Positions 15,001 to 29,222 of a stretch of 59,733 nucleotides of DNA are shown here, piece by piece. The position numbers were made by a program, and so were the translations under genes. Source of the stretch: Utricularia gibba (taxonomy: Eukaryota; Plantae; Magnoliophyta); the NCBI GenBank assembly GCA_002189035.1, contig NEEC01000143.1:1-59733 (forward strand), read 5' to 3'. The notes beneath the pieces are model-generated. The model did no database searches. It was given only the letters and a program-made list of their open reading frames with translations, and was not told where the DNA came from. How positions within the stretch are numbered: the stretch's first letter is position 1; the number at the start of each line of letters is the position of its first letter.

Positions 15001-16955
15001 ATTATACTTCTTGGAGCACGAATAGGGCTTCCCAATGGTGTGCTATGAAGAGTTAGCATCTGCATGTTTTGGAAGAGGTGCTTCGTGGACCAGGATGTGC
15101 GACATAGTCATTTCATTGCGCATCACCATTCGGGGTGCAGCCGAAAAATCACACGTGCACTGGATTCGTTAAAAGTAAACATTTTTGCGTACCTGGAGTA
15201 TAATAGTGTTGGGATAAGTGATGCCACGAAATTCATGATGTAACATGTGACTTTTTTCCATCTTGATCGCATATCCGATGAAGTTTGACACCATATGTTT
15301 TGGCTGTTGATTGATGCAATTAGTTGCCATGATACTTCTGATTCTTGATACACCATTCCCATACACCATGTCTCTAGTGGCTATTTGATTCTTTTGCCGT
15401 GTATCCCATTTGCATCAATTTCGAGAACGAGAAGCACATTATTAAACGCAGCCACCAAGGAAGGACACGTAAGACACTTTTCGTTGTGGTTTGTTTTTAA
15501 TATGTCCACAGTTATGGACAAACGTAACTCCAAATTATACTACTTGGAGCACGAATAGGGCTTCCCAATGGTGTGCTATGAAGAGTTAGCATCTGCATGT
15601 TTTGGAAGAGGTGCTTCGTGGACCAGGATGTGCGACATAGTCATTTCATTGCGCATCACCATTCGGGGTGCAGCCGAAAAATCACACGTGCACTGGATTC
15701 GTTAAAAGTAAACATTTTTGCGTACCTGGGTGTATAATAGTGTTGGGATAAGTGATGCCACGAAATTCATGATGTAACATGTGACTTTTTCCATCTTGAT
15801 CGCATATCCGATGAAGTTTGACACCATATGTTTTGGCTGTTGATTGATGCAATTAGTTGCCATGATACTTCTGATTCTTGATACACCATTCCCATACACC
15901 ATGTCTCTAGTGGCTATTTGATTCTTTTGCCGTGTATCCATTTGCATCAATTTCGAGAACGAGAAGCACATTATTAAACGCAGCCACCAAGGAAGGACAC
16001 GTAAGACACTTTTCGTTGTGGTTTGTTTTTAATATGTCCACAGTTATGGGACAAACGTAACTCCAATTATACTACTTGGAGCACGAATAGGGCTTCCCAA
16101 TGGTGTGCTATGAAGAGTTAGCATCTGCATGTTTTGGAAGAGGTGCTTCGTGGACCAGGATGTGCGACATAGTCATTTCATTGCGCATCACCATTCGGGG
16201 TGCAGCCGAAAAATCACACGTGCACTGGATTCGTTAAAAGTAAACATTTTGCGTACCTGGAGTATAATAGTGTTGGGATAAGTGATGCCACGAAATTCAT
16301 GATGTAACATGTGACTTTTTCCATCTTGATCGCATATCCGATGAAGTTTGACACCATATGTTTGGCAGTTGATTGATGCAATTAGTTGCCATGATACTTC
16401 TGATTCTTGATACACCATTCCCATACACCATGTCTCTAGTGGCTATTTGATTCTTTTGCCGTGTATCCATTTGCATCAATTTCGAGAACGAGAAGCACAT
16501 TATTAAACGCAGCCACCAAGGAAGGACACGTAAGACACTTTTCGTTGTGGTTTGTTTTTTAATATGTCCACAGTTATGGGACAAACGTAACTCCAAATTA
16601 TACTACTTGGAGCACGAATAGGGCTTCCCAATGGTGTGCTATGAAGAGTTAGGCATCTGCATGTTTTGGAATAGGTGCTTCGTGGACCAGGATGTGCGAC
16701 CTAGTCATTTCATTGCGCATCACCATTCGGGGTGCAGCCGAAAAATCACACGTGCACTGGATTCGTTAAAAGTAAACATTTTTGCGTACCTGGAGTATAA
16801 TAGTGTTGGGATAAGTGATGCCACGAAATTCATGATGTAACATGTGACTTTTTTCCATCTTGATCGCATATCCGATGAAGTTTGACACAATATGTTTTTG
16901 TTGATTGATTCAATTAGTTGCCATGATACTTCTGATTCTTGATACACCATTCCCA

Positions 16956-19900
16956 TACACCATGTCTCTAGTGGCTATTTGATTCTTTTGCCGTGTATCT
17001 TGTTTGCATCAATTTCGAGAACGAGAAGCACATTATTAAACGCAGCCACCAAGGAAGGACACGTAAGACACTTTTCGTTGTGGTTTGTTTTTAATATGTC
17101 CACAGTTATGGGACAAACGTAACTCCATATTATACTACTTGGAGCACGAATAGGGCTTGCCCAATGGTGTGCTATGAAGAGTTAGCTCTGCATGTTTTGG
17201 AAGAGGTGCTTCGTGGACCAGGATGTGCGACATAGTCATTTCATTGCGCATCACCATTCGGGTGCAGCCGAAAAATCACACGTTTACTGGATTCGTTAAA
17301 AGTAAACATTTTTGCGTACCTGGTGTATAATAGTGTTGGGATAAGTGATGCCACGAAATTCATGATGTAACATGTGACTTTTTCCATCTTGATCGCATAT
17401 CCGATGAAGTTTGACACATATGTTTTGGCTGTTGATTGATTCAATTAGTTGCCATGATACTTCTGATTCTTGATGCACCATTCCCATACACCATGTCTCT
17501 AGTGGCTATTTGATTCTTTTGCCGTGTATCTTGTTTGCATCAATTTCGAGAACGAGAAGCACATTATTAAACGCAGCCACCAAGGAAGGACACGTAAGAC
17601 ACTTTTCGTTGTGGTTTGTTTTTAATATGTCCACAGTTATGGACAAACGTAACTCCATATTATACTACTTGGAGCACGAATAGGGCTCCCAATGGTGTGC
17701 TGAAGAGTTAGGCTCTGCATGTTTTGGAAGAGGTGCTTCGTGGACCAGGATGTGCGACATAGTCATTTCATTGCGCATCACCATTCGGGGTGCAGCCGAA
17801 AAATCACACGTGCTGGATTCGTTAAAAGTAAACATTTTTGCGTACCTGGAGTATAATAGTGTTGGGATAAGTGATGCACGAAATTCATGATGTAACATGT
17901 GACTTTTTTTCCATCTTGATCGCATATCCGATGAAGTTTGACACAATATGTTTTGGCTGTTGATTGATGCAATTAGTTGCCATGATACTTCTGATTCTTG
18001 ATACACCATTCCTACACCATGTTCTAGTGGCTATTTGATTCTTTTGCCGTGTATTTGTTGCATCAATTTCGAGAACGAGAAGCACATTATTAAACGCAGC
18101 CACAAGGAAGGACACGTAAGACACTTTTCGTTGTGGTTTGTTTTTAATATGTCCAGTTATGGGACAAACGTAACTCAATTATACTTTGGAGCACGAATAG
18201 GGCTTCCAATGGTGTGCTATGAAGAGTTAGCTCTGCATGTTTTGGAAGAGGTGCTTCGTGGACCAGGATGTGCGACATAGTCATTTCATTGCGCATCACC
18301 ATTCGGGGTGCAGCCGAAAAATCACACGTGCACTGGATTCGTTAAAAGTAAACATTTTTGCGTACCTGGTGTATAATAGTGTTGGGATAAGTGATGCCAC
18401 GAAATTCATGATGTAACATGTGACTTTTTCCATCTTGATCGCATATCCGATGAAGTTTGACACCATATGTTTTGGCAGTTGATTGATGCAATTAGTTGCC
18501 ATGATACTTCTGATTCTTGATACACCATTCCATACACCATGTCTCTAGTGGCTATTTGATTCTTTTGCCGTATCTTTTGCATCAATTTCGAGAACGAGAA
18601 GCACATTATTAAACGCAGCCACCAAGGAAGGACACGTAAGACACTTTTCGTTGTGGTTTGTTTTTAATATGTCCACAGTTATGGGACAAACGTAACTCCA
18701 AATTATACTACTTGGAGCACGAATAGGGCTTCCAATGGTGTGCTATGAAGAGTTAGGCTCATGTTTTGGAAGAGGTGCTTCGTGGACAGGATGTGCGACC
18801 TAGTCATTTCATTGCGCATCACCATTCGGGGTGCAGCCGAAAAATCACACGTGCACTGGATTCGTTAAAAGTAAACATTTTTGCGTACCTGGAGTATAAT
18901 AGTGTTGGGATAAGTGATGCCACGAAATTCATGATGTAACATGTGACTTTTTCCATCTTGATCGCATATCCGATGAAGTTTGACACAATATGTTTTGGCT
19001 GTTGATTGATGCAATTAGTTGCCATGATACTTCTGATTCTTGATACACCATTCCATACACATGTCTCTAGTGGCTATTTGATTCTTTTGCCGTGTATCAT
19101 TTGCATCAATTTCGAGAACGAGAAGCACATTATTAAACGCAGCCACAAGGAAGGACACGTAAGACACTTTTCGTTGTGGTTTGTTTTTAATATGTCCGCA
19201 GTTATGGGACAAACGTAACTCCAAATTATACTTTTGGAGCACGAATAGGGCTTCCCAATGGTGTGCTATGAAGAGTTAGCATCTGCATGTTTTGGAAGAG
19301 GTGCTTCGTAGATCAGGATGTGCGACATAGTCATTTCATTGCGCATCACATTCGGGTGCAGCCTAAAAATCACACGTGCACTGGATTCGTTAAAAGTAAA
19401 CATTTTTGCGTACCTGGAGTATAATAGTGTTGGGATAAGTGATGCCACGAAATTCATGATGTAACATGTGACTTTTTTCCATCTTGATCGCATATCCGAT
19501 GAAGTTTGACACATATGTTTTGGCTGTTGATTGATGCAATTAGTTGCCATGATACTTCTGATTCTTGATACACCATTCCATACACCATGTCTCTAGTGGC
19601 TATTTGATTCTTTTGCCGTGTATCTTGTTGCATCAATTTCGAGAACGAGAAGCACATTATTAAACGCAGCCACCAAGGAAGGACACGTAAGACACTTTTC
19701 GTTGTGGTTTGTTTTAATATGTCCCAGTTATGGGACAAACGTAACTCCAATTATACTACTTGGAGAGAATAGGGCTGCCCAATGGTGTGCTAGGAAGAGT
19801 TAGCTCTGCATGTTTTGGAAGAGGTGCTTCGTGGACGGGATGTGCGACATAGTCATTTCATTGCGCATCACCATTCGGGGTGCAGCCGAAAAATCACGTG

Positions 19901-22900
19901 ACTGGATTCGTTAAAAGTAAACATTTTTGCGTACCTGGTGTATAATAGTGTTGGGATAAGTGATGCACGAAATTCATGATGTAACATGTGACTTTTTCCA
20001 TCTTGATCGCATATCCGATGAAGTTTGACACCATATGTTTTGGCAGTTGATTGATGCAATTAGTTGCCATGATACTTCTGATTCTTGATACACATTCCCA
20101 TACACATGTCTCTAGTGGCTATTTGATTCTTTTGCCGTGTATCCCATTTGCATCAATTTCGAGAACGAGAAGCACATTATTAAACGCAGCCACCAAGGAA
20201 GGACACGTAAGACACTTTTCGTTGTGGTTTGTTTTTAATATGTCCAGTTATGGGACAAACGTAACTCCAAATTATACTACTTGGAGCACGAATAGGGCTT
20301 CCAATGGTGTGCTATGAAGAGTTAGCATCTGCATGTTTTGGAATAGGTGCTTCGTGGACCAGGATGTGCGACTAGTCATTTCATTGCGCATCACCATTCG
20401 GGTGCAGCCGAAAAATCACACGTGCACTGGATTCGTTAAAAGTAAACATTTTTGCGTACCTGGAGTATAATAGTGTTGGGATAAGTGATGCACGAAATTC
20501 ATGATGTAACATGTGACTTTTTCCATCTTGATCGCATATCGATGAAGTTTGACACAATATGTTTGGCTGTTGATTGATTCAATTAGTTGCCATGATACTT
20601 CTGATTCTTGATACACCATTCCATACACCATGTCTCTAGTGGCTATTTGATTCTTTTGCCGTGTATCTTGTTTGCATCAATTTCGAGAACGAGAAGCACA
20701 TTATTAAACGCAGCCACCAAGGAAGGACACGTAAGACACTTTTCGTTGTGGTTTGTTTTTAATATGTCCAAGTTATGGGACAAACGTAACTCCAATTATA
20801 CTACTTGGAGCACGAATAGGGCTTCCAATGGTGTGCTAGGAAGAGTTAGCCTGCATGTTTTGGAAGAGGTGCTTCGTGACCGGATGTGCGACATAGTCAT
20901 TTCATTGCGCATCACCATTCGGGGCAGCCGAAAAATCACGTTACTGGATTCGTTAAAAGTAAACATTTTTGCGTACCTGGTGTATAATAGTGTTGGGATA
21001 AGTGATGCCACGAAATTCATGATGTAACATGTGACTTTTTCCATCTTGATCGCATATCCGATGAAGTTTGACACATATGTTTTGGCTGTTGATTGATGCA
21101 ATTAGTTGCCATGATACTTCTGATTCTTGATACACATTCCATACACATGTCTCTAGTGGCTATTTGATTCTTTTGCCGTGTATATTTGCATCAATTTCGA
21201 GAAGAGAAGCACATTATTAAACGCAGCCACCAAGGAAGGACACGTAAGACACTTTTCGTTGTGGTTTGTTTTTAATATGTCAAGTTATGGACAAACGTAA
21301 CTCCAAATTATACTACTTGGAGCACGAATAGGGCTTCCAATGGTGTGCTATGAAGAGTTAGCATCTGCATGTTTTGGAAGAGGTGCTTCGTGGACCAGGA
21401 TGTGCGACATAGTCATTTCATTGCGCATCACCATTCGGGGTGCAGCGAAAAATCACACGTGCACTGGATTCGTTAAAAGTAAACATTTTTGCGTACCTGG
21501 AGTATAATAGTGTTGGGATAAGTGATGCCACGAAATTCATGATGTAACATGTGACTTTTTTCATCTTGATCGCATATCCGATGAAGTTTGACAATATGTT
21601 TGGCTGTTGATTGATGCAATTAGTTGCCATGATACTTCTGATTCTTGATACACCATTCCCATACACCATGTCTCTAGTGGCTATTTGATTCTTTTGCCGT
21701 GTATCTTTTGCATCAATTTCGAGAACGAGAAGCACATTATTAAACGCAGCCACAAGGAAGGACACGTAAGACACTTTTCGTTGTGGTTTGTTTTTAATAT
21801 GTCCAGTTATGGGACAAACGTAACTCCATATTATACTACTTGGAGCACGAATAGGGCTGCCCAATGGTGTGCTAGGAAGAGTTAGGTCTGCATGTTTTGG
21901 AAGAGGTGCTTCGTGGACGGGATGTGCGACATAGTCATTTCATTGCGCATCACATTCGGGTGCAGCCGAAAATCACACGTTTACTGGATTCGTTAAAAGT
22001 AAACATTTTTGCGTACCTGGTGTATAATAGTGTTGGGATAAGTGATGCACGAAATTCATGATGTAACATGTGACTTGTTTCCATCTTGATCGCATATCCG
22101 ATGAAGTTTGACACATATGTTTTGGAGTTGATTGATGCAATTAGTTGCCATGATACTTCTGATTCTTGATACACCATTCCATACACCATGTCTCTAGTGG
22201 CTATTTGATTCTTTTGCCGTGTATCATTTGCATCAATTTCGAGAACGAGAAGCACATTATTAAACGCAGCACCAAGGAAGGACACGTAAGACACTTTTCG
22301 TTGTGGTTTGTTTTTAATATGTCCAAAGTTATGGGACAAACGTAACTCCAAATTATACTACTTGGAGCACGAATAGGGCTTCCCAATGGTGTGCTATGAA
22401 GAGTTAGCATCTGCATGTTTTGGAAGAGGTGCTTCGTGGACAGGATGTGCGACATAGTCATTTCATTGCGCATCACCATTCGGGGTGCAGCCGAAAAAAT
22501 CACACGTGCACTGGATTCGTTAAAAGTAAACATTTTTGCGTACCTGGAGTATAATAGTGTTGGGATAAGTGATGCCACGAAATTCATGATGTAACATGTG
22601 ACTTTTTCCATCTTGATCGCATATCCGATGAAGTTTGACACCATATGTTTGGCTGTTGATTGATGCAATTAGTTGCCATGATACTTCTGATTCTTGATAC
22701 ACCATTCCCATACACATGTCTCTAGTGGCTATTTGATTCTTTTGCCGTGTATCTTTGCATCAATTTGAGAACGAGAAGCATTATTAAACGCAGCCACCAA
22801 GGAAGGACACGTAAGACACTTTTCGTTGTGGTTTGTTTTAATATGTCCAGTTATGGGACAAACGTAACTCCAAATTATACTTTTGGAGCACGAATAGGGC

Positions 22901-25845
22901 TTCCAATGGTGTGCTATGAAGAGTTAGCATCTGCATGTTTTGGAAGAGGTGCTTCGTGACAGGATGTGCGACATAGTCATTTCATTGCGCATCACCATTC
23001 GGGTGCAGCCAAAAATCACACGTGCACTGGATTCGTTAAAAGTAAACATTTTTGCGTACCTGGAGTATAATAGTGTTGGGATAAGTGATGCCACGAAATT
23101 CATGATGTAACATGTGACTTTTTTTTCCATCTTGATCGCATATCCGATGAAGTTTGACACATATGTTTTGGCTGTTGATTGATGCAATTAGTTGCCATGA
23201 TACTTCTGATTCTTGATACACCATTCCCATACACATGTCTCTAGTGGCTATTTGATTCTTTTGCCGTATCTTGTTGCATCAATTTCGAGAACGAGAAGCA
23301 CATTATTAAACGCAGCCACCAAGGAAGGACACGTAAGACACTTTTCGTTGTGGTTTGTTTTTAATATGTCCACAGTTATGGACAAACGTAACTCCAATTA
23401 TACTACTTGGAGCACGAATAGGGCTGCCAATGGTGTGCTAGGAAGAGTTAGGCTCTGCATGTTTTGGAAGAGGTGCTTCGTGGACGGATGTGCGACATAG
23501 TCATTTCATTGCGCATCACCATTCGGGGTGCAGCGAAAAATCACACGTGCACTGGATTCGTTAAAAGTAAACATTTTTGCGTACCTGGTGTATAATAGTG
23601 TTGGGATAAGTGATGCCACGAAATTCATGATGTAACATGTGACTTTTTCCATCTTGATCGCATATCCGATGAAGTTTGACACCATATGTTTTGGCTGTTG
23701 ATTGATGCAATTAGTTGCCATGATACTTCTGATTCTTGATACACCATTCCCATACACCATGTCTCTAGTGGCTATTTGATTCTTTTGCCGTGTATCCCAT
23801 TTGCATCAATTTCGAGAACGAGAAGCACATTATTAAACGCAGCCACCAAGGAAGGACACGTAAGACACTTTTCGTTGTGGTTTGTTTTTAATATGTCCAC
23901 AGTTATGGGACAAACGTAACTCCAATTATACTACTTGGAGCACGAATAGGGCTCCCAATGGTGTGCTATGAAGAGTTAGCATCTGCATGTTTTGGAAGAG
24001 GTGCTTCGTGGACAGGATGTGCGACATAGTCATTTCATTGCGCATCACATTCGGGTGCAGCCGAAAAACACGTGCACTGGATTCGTTAAAAGTAAAATTT
24101 TTGCGTACCTGGAGTATAAATAGTGTTGGGATAAGTGATGCACGAAATTCATGATGTAACATGTGACTTTTTTCCATCTTGATCGCATATCCGATGAAGT
24201 TTGACACAATATGTTTTGGCTGTTGATTGATGCAATTAGTTGCCATGATACTTCTGATTCTTGATACACCATTCCATACACCATGTCTCTAGTGGCTATT
24301 TTGATTCTTTTGCCGTGTATTTGTTTGCATCAATTTCGAGAACGAGAAGCACATTATTAAACGCAGCCACCAAGGAAGGACACGTAAGACACTTTCGTTG
24401 TGGTTTGTTTTTAATATGTCCACAGTTATGGGACAAACGTAACTCCAAATTATACTACTTGGAGCACGAATAGGGCTGCCCAATGGTGTGCTATGAAGAG
24501 TTAGGCATCTGCATGTTTTGGAAGAGGTGCTTCGTGACGGGATGTGCGACATAGTCATTTCATTGCGCATCACCATTCGGGGTGCAGCCGAAAATCACAC
24601 GTTTACTGGATTCGTTAAAAGTAAACATTTTTGCGTACCTGGTGTATAATAGTGTTGGGATAAGTGATGCCACGAAATTCATGATGTAACATGTGACTTT
24701 TTCCATCTTGATCGCATATCCGATGAAGTTTGACACCATATGTTTTGGCATTGATTGATGCAATTAGTTGCCATGATACTTCTGATTCTTGATACACCAT
24801 TCCATACACCATGTCTCTAGTGGCTATTTGATTCTTTTGCCGTGTATCTTTGCATCAATTTCGAGAACGAGAAGCACATTATTAAACGCAGCCACAAGGA
24901 AGGACACGTAAGACACTTTTCGTTGTGGTTTGTTTTTAATATGTCCAGTTATGGGACAAACGTAACTCCAAATTACTTGGAGCACGAATAGGGCTTCCCA
25001 ATGGTGTGCTATGAAGAGTTAGCATCTGCATGTTTTGGAAGAGGTGCTTCGTGGACAGGATGTGCGACATAGTCATTTCATTGCGCATCACCATTCGGGT
25101 GCAGCCTAAAAATCACACGTGCACTGGATTCGTTAAAAGTAAACATTTTTGCGTACCTGGAGTATAATAGTGTTTGGGATAAGTGATGCCACGAAATTCA
25201 TGATGTAACATGTGACTTTTTTCCATCTTGATCGCATATCCGATGAAGTTTGACACATATGTTTGGCTTGATTGATGCAATTAGTTGCCATGATACTTCT
25301 GATTCTTGATAACACATTCCCATACACCATGTCTCTAGTGGCTATTTGATTCTTTTGCCGTGTATCTTTGCATCAATTTCGAGAACGAGAGCACATTATT
25401 AAACGCAGCCACCAAGGAAGGACACGTAAGACACTTTTCGTTGTGGTTTGTTTTTAATATGTCCACAGTTATGGGACAAACGTAACTCCAAATTATACTA
25501 CTTGGAGCACGAATAGGGCTCCCAATGGTGTGCTAGGAAGAGTTAGCTCTGCATGTTTTGGAAGAGGTGCTTCGTGGACCGGATGTGCGACATAGTCATT
25601 TCATTGCGCATCACCATTCGGGTGCAGCCGAAAAATCACACGTGCACTGGATTCGTTAAAAGTAAACATTTTTGCGTACCTGGTGTATAATAGTGTTGGG
25701 ATAAGTGATGCACGAAATTCATGATGTAACATGTGACTTTTTTCCATCTTGATCGCATATCCGATGAAGTTTGACACCATATGTTTTGGCTGTTGATTGA
25801 TGCAATTAGTTGCCATGATACTTCTGATTCTTGATACCATTCCCA
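16956..25845. repeat. Higher-order repeat block with a 7-monomer (~3.66 kb) period
   Basis: The CCTGG[T/A]GTATAAT allele over 17 consecutive monomers reads T-A-T-A-A-T-A / T-A-T-A-A-T-A / T-A-T. Independent markers share the period: GTT(T)AC at ~17282, 20940, 24601; TAGGAAG at 19791, 23439, 27100 and at 21873, 25534. Confidence 0.8.
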
Positions 25846-28747
25846 TACACCATGTCTCTAGTGGCTATTTGATTCTTTTGCCGTGTATCTTTTTGCATCA
25901 ATTTCGAGAACGAGAAGCACATTATTAAACGCAGCCACCAAGGAAGGACACGTAAGACACTTTTCGTTGTGGTTTGTTTTTAATATGTCCAAGTTATGGG
26001 ACAAACTCCAAATTATACTACTTGGAGCACGAATAGGGCTTCCAATGGTGTGCTATGAAGAGTTAGCATCTGCATGTTTTGGAAGAGGCTTCGTGGACCA
26101 GGATGTGCGACATAGTCATTTCATTGCGCATCACCATTCGGGGTGCAGCCGAAAAATCACACGTGCACTGGATTCGTTAAAAGTAAACATTTTTGCGTAC
26201 CTGGTGTATAATAGTGTTGGGATAAGTGATGCCACGAAATTCATGATGTAACATGTGACTTTTTCCATCTTGATCGCATATCCGATGAAGTTTGACACCA
26301 TATGTTTGGCTGTTGATTGATGCAATTAGTTGCCATGATACTTCTGATTCTTGATACACCATTCCCATACACCATGTCTCTAGTGGCTATTGATTCTTTT
26401 GCCGTGTATCTTTGCATCAATTTCGAGAACGAAAGCACATTATTAAACGCAGCCACCAAGGAAGGACACGTAAGACACTTTTCGTTGTGGTTTGTTTTTA
26501 ATATGTCCAGTTATGGGACAAACGTAACTCCAAATTATACTACTTGGAGCACGAATAGGGCTTCCAATGGTGTGCTATGAAGAGTTAGCATCTGCATGTT
26601 TTGGAAGAGGTGCTTCGTGACCAGGATGTGCGACCTAGTCATTTCATTGCGCATCACCATTCGGGTGCAGCCGAAAAATCACACGTGCACTGGATTCGTT
26701 AAAAGTAAACATTTTTGCGTACCTGGAGTATAATAGTGTTGGGATAAGTGATGCCACGAAATTCATGATGTAACATGTGACTTTTTTCCATCTTGATCGC
26801 ATATCCGATGAAGTTTGACACATATGTTTTGTTGATTGATGCAATTAGTTGCCATGATACTTCTGATTCTTGATACACCATTCCCATACACCATGTCTCT
26901 AGTGGCTATTTGATTCTTTTGCCGTGTATCTTGTTTGCATCAATTTCGAGAACGAGAAGCACATTATTAAACGCAGCCACCAAGGAAGGACACGTAAGAC
27001 ACTTTTCGTTGTGGTTTGTTTTTAATATGTCCACAGTTATGGACAAACGTAACTCCAATTATACTACTTGGAGCACGAATAGGGCTGCCAATGGTGTGCT
27101 AGGAAGAGTTAGCTCTGCATGTTTTGGAAGAGGTGCTTCGTGGACCGGATGTGCGACATAGTCATTTCATTGCGCATCACCATTCGGGGTGCAGCCTAAA
27201 AATCACACGTTTACTGGATTCGTTAAAAGTAAACATTTTTGCGTACCTGGAGTATAATAGTGTTGGGATAAGTGATGCACGAAATTCATGATGTAACATG
27301 TGACTTTTTCCATCTTGATCGCATATCCGATGAAGTTTGACACCATATGTTTTGGCTGTTGATTGATGCAATTAGTTGCCATGATACTTCTGATTCTTGA
27401 TACATTCCATACACCATGTCTCTAGTGGCTATTTGATTCTTTTGCCGTGTATCTTTGCATCAATTTCGAGAACGAGAAGCACATTATTAAACGCAGCCAC
27501 CAAGGAAGGACACGTAAGACACTTTTCGTTGTGGTTTGTTTTTAATATGTCCAAGTTATGGGACAAACGTAACTCCAAATTATACTACTTGGAGCACGAA
27601 TAGGGCTTCCCAATGGTGTGCTATGAAGAGTTAGCATCTGCATGTTTTGGAAGAGGTGCTTCGTGGACCAGGATGTGCGACATAGTCATTTCATTGCGCA
27701 TCACCATTCGGGGTGCAGCCTAAAAATCACACGTGCACTGGATTCGTTAAAAGTAAACATTTTTGCGTACCTGGAGTATAATAGTGTTGGGATAAGTGAT
27801 GCCACGAAATTCATGATGTAACATGTGACTTTTTTCCATCTTGATCGCATATCCGATGAAGTTTGACACATATGTTTTGGCTGTTGATTGATGCAATTAG
27901 TTGCCATGATACTTCTGATTCTTGATACACCATTCCCATACACCATGTCTCTAGTGGCTATTTGATTCTTTTGCCGTGTATCTTGTTTGCATCAATTTCG
28001 AGAACGAGAAGCACATTATTAAACGCAGCCACCAAGGAAGGACACGTAAGACACTTTTCGTTGTGGTTTTTTTTAATATGTCCACAGTTATGGGACAAAC
28101 GTAACTCCAAATTATACTACTTGGAGCACGAATAGGGCTTCCCAATGGTGTGCTATGAAGAGTTAGCATCTGCATGTTTTGGAAGAGGTGCTTCGTGGAC
28201 CAGGATGTGCGACATAGTCATTTCATTGCGCATCACCATTCGGGGTGCAGCCGAAAAATCACACGTGCACTGGATTCGTTAAAAGTAAACATTTTTGCGT
28301 ACCTGGAGTATAATAGTGTTGGGATAAGTGATGCCACGAAATTCATGATGTAACATGTGACTTTTTTCCATCTTGATCGCATATCCGATGAAGTTTGACA
28401 CATATGTTTTGGCTGTTGATTGATTCAATTAGTTGCCATGATACTTCTGATTCTTGATACACCATTCCCATACACCATGTCTCTAGTGGCTATTTGATTC
28501 TTTTGCCGTGTATCCCATTTGCATCAATTTCGAGAACGAGAAGCACATTATTAAACGCAGCCACCAAGGAAGGACACGTAAGACACTTTTCGTTGTGGTT
28601 TGTTTTTAATATGTCCACAGTTATGGACAAACGTAACTCCAAATTATACTACTTGGAGCACGAATAGGGCTTCCCAATGGTGTGCTATGAAGAGTTAGCA
28701 TCTGCATGTTTTGGAAGAGGTGCTTCGTGACCAGGATGTGCGACATA

Positions 28748-29222
28748 TCATTGCGCATCACCATTGCCACGTGAAATATAATAGTGTTGGGATAAGTGAT
28801 GCCACGAAATTCATGATGTAACATGTGACTTTTTTCCATCTTGATCGCATATCCGATGAAGTTTGACACCATATGTTTTGGCTGTTGATTGATGCAATTA
28901 GTTGCCATGATACTTCTGATTCTTGATACACCATTCCCATACACCATGTCTCTAGTGGCTATTTGATTCTTTTGCCGTGTATCATTTGCATCAATTTCGA
29001 GAACGAGAAGCACATTATTAAACGCAGCCACCAAGGAAGGACACGTAAGACACTTTTCGTTGTGGTTTGTTTTTAATATGTCCACAGTTATGGGACAAAC
29101 GTAACTCCAAATTATACTACTTGGAGCACGAATAGGGCTTCCCAATGGTGTGCTATGAAGAGTTAGCATCTGCATGTTTTGGAAGAGGTGCTTCGTGGAC
29201 CAGGATGTGCGACATAGTCATT
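28748..29222. repeat. Shortened monomer interval (475 bp) with ~59 bp missing near 28765-28778
   Basis: The sequence reads CCATTGCCACGTGAAATATAATAG where the consensus has CCATTCGGGGTGCAGCC...CCTGGAGTATAATAG. Confidence 0.9.
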
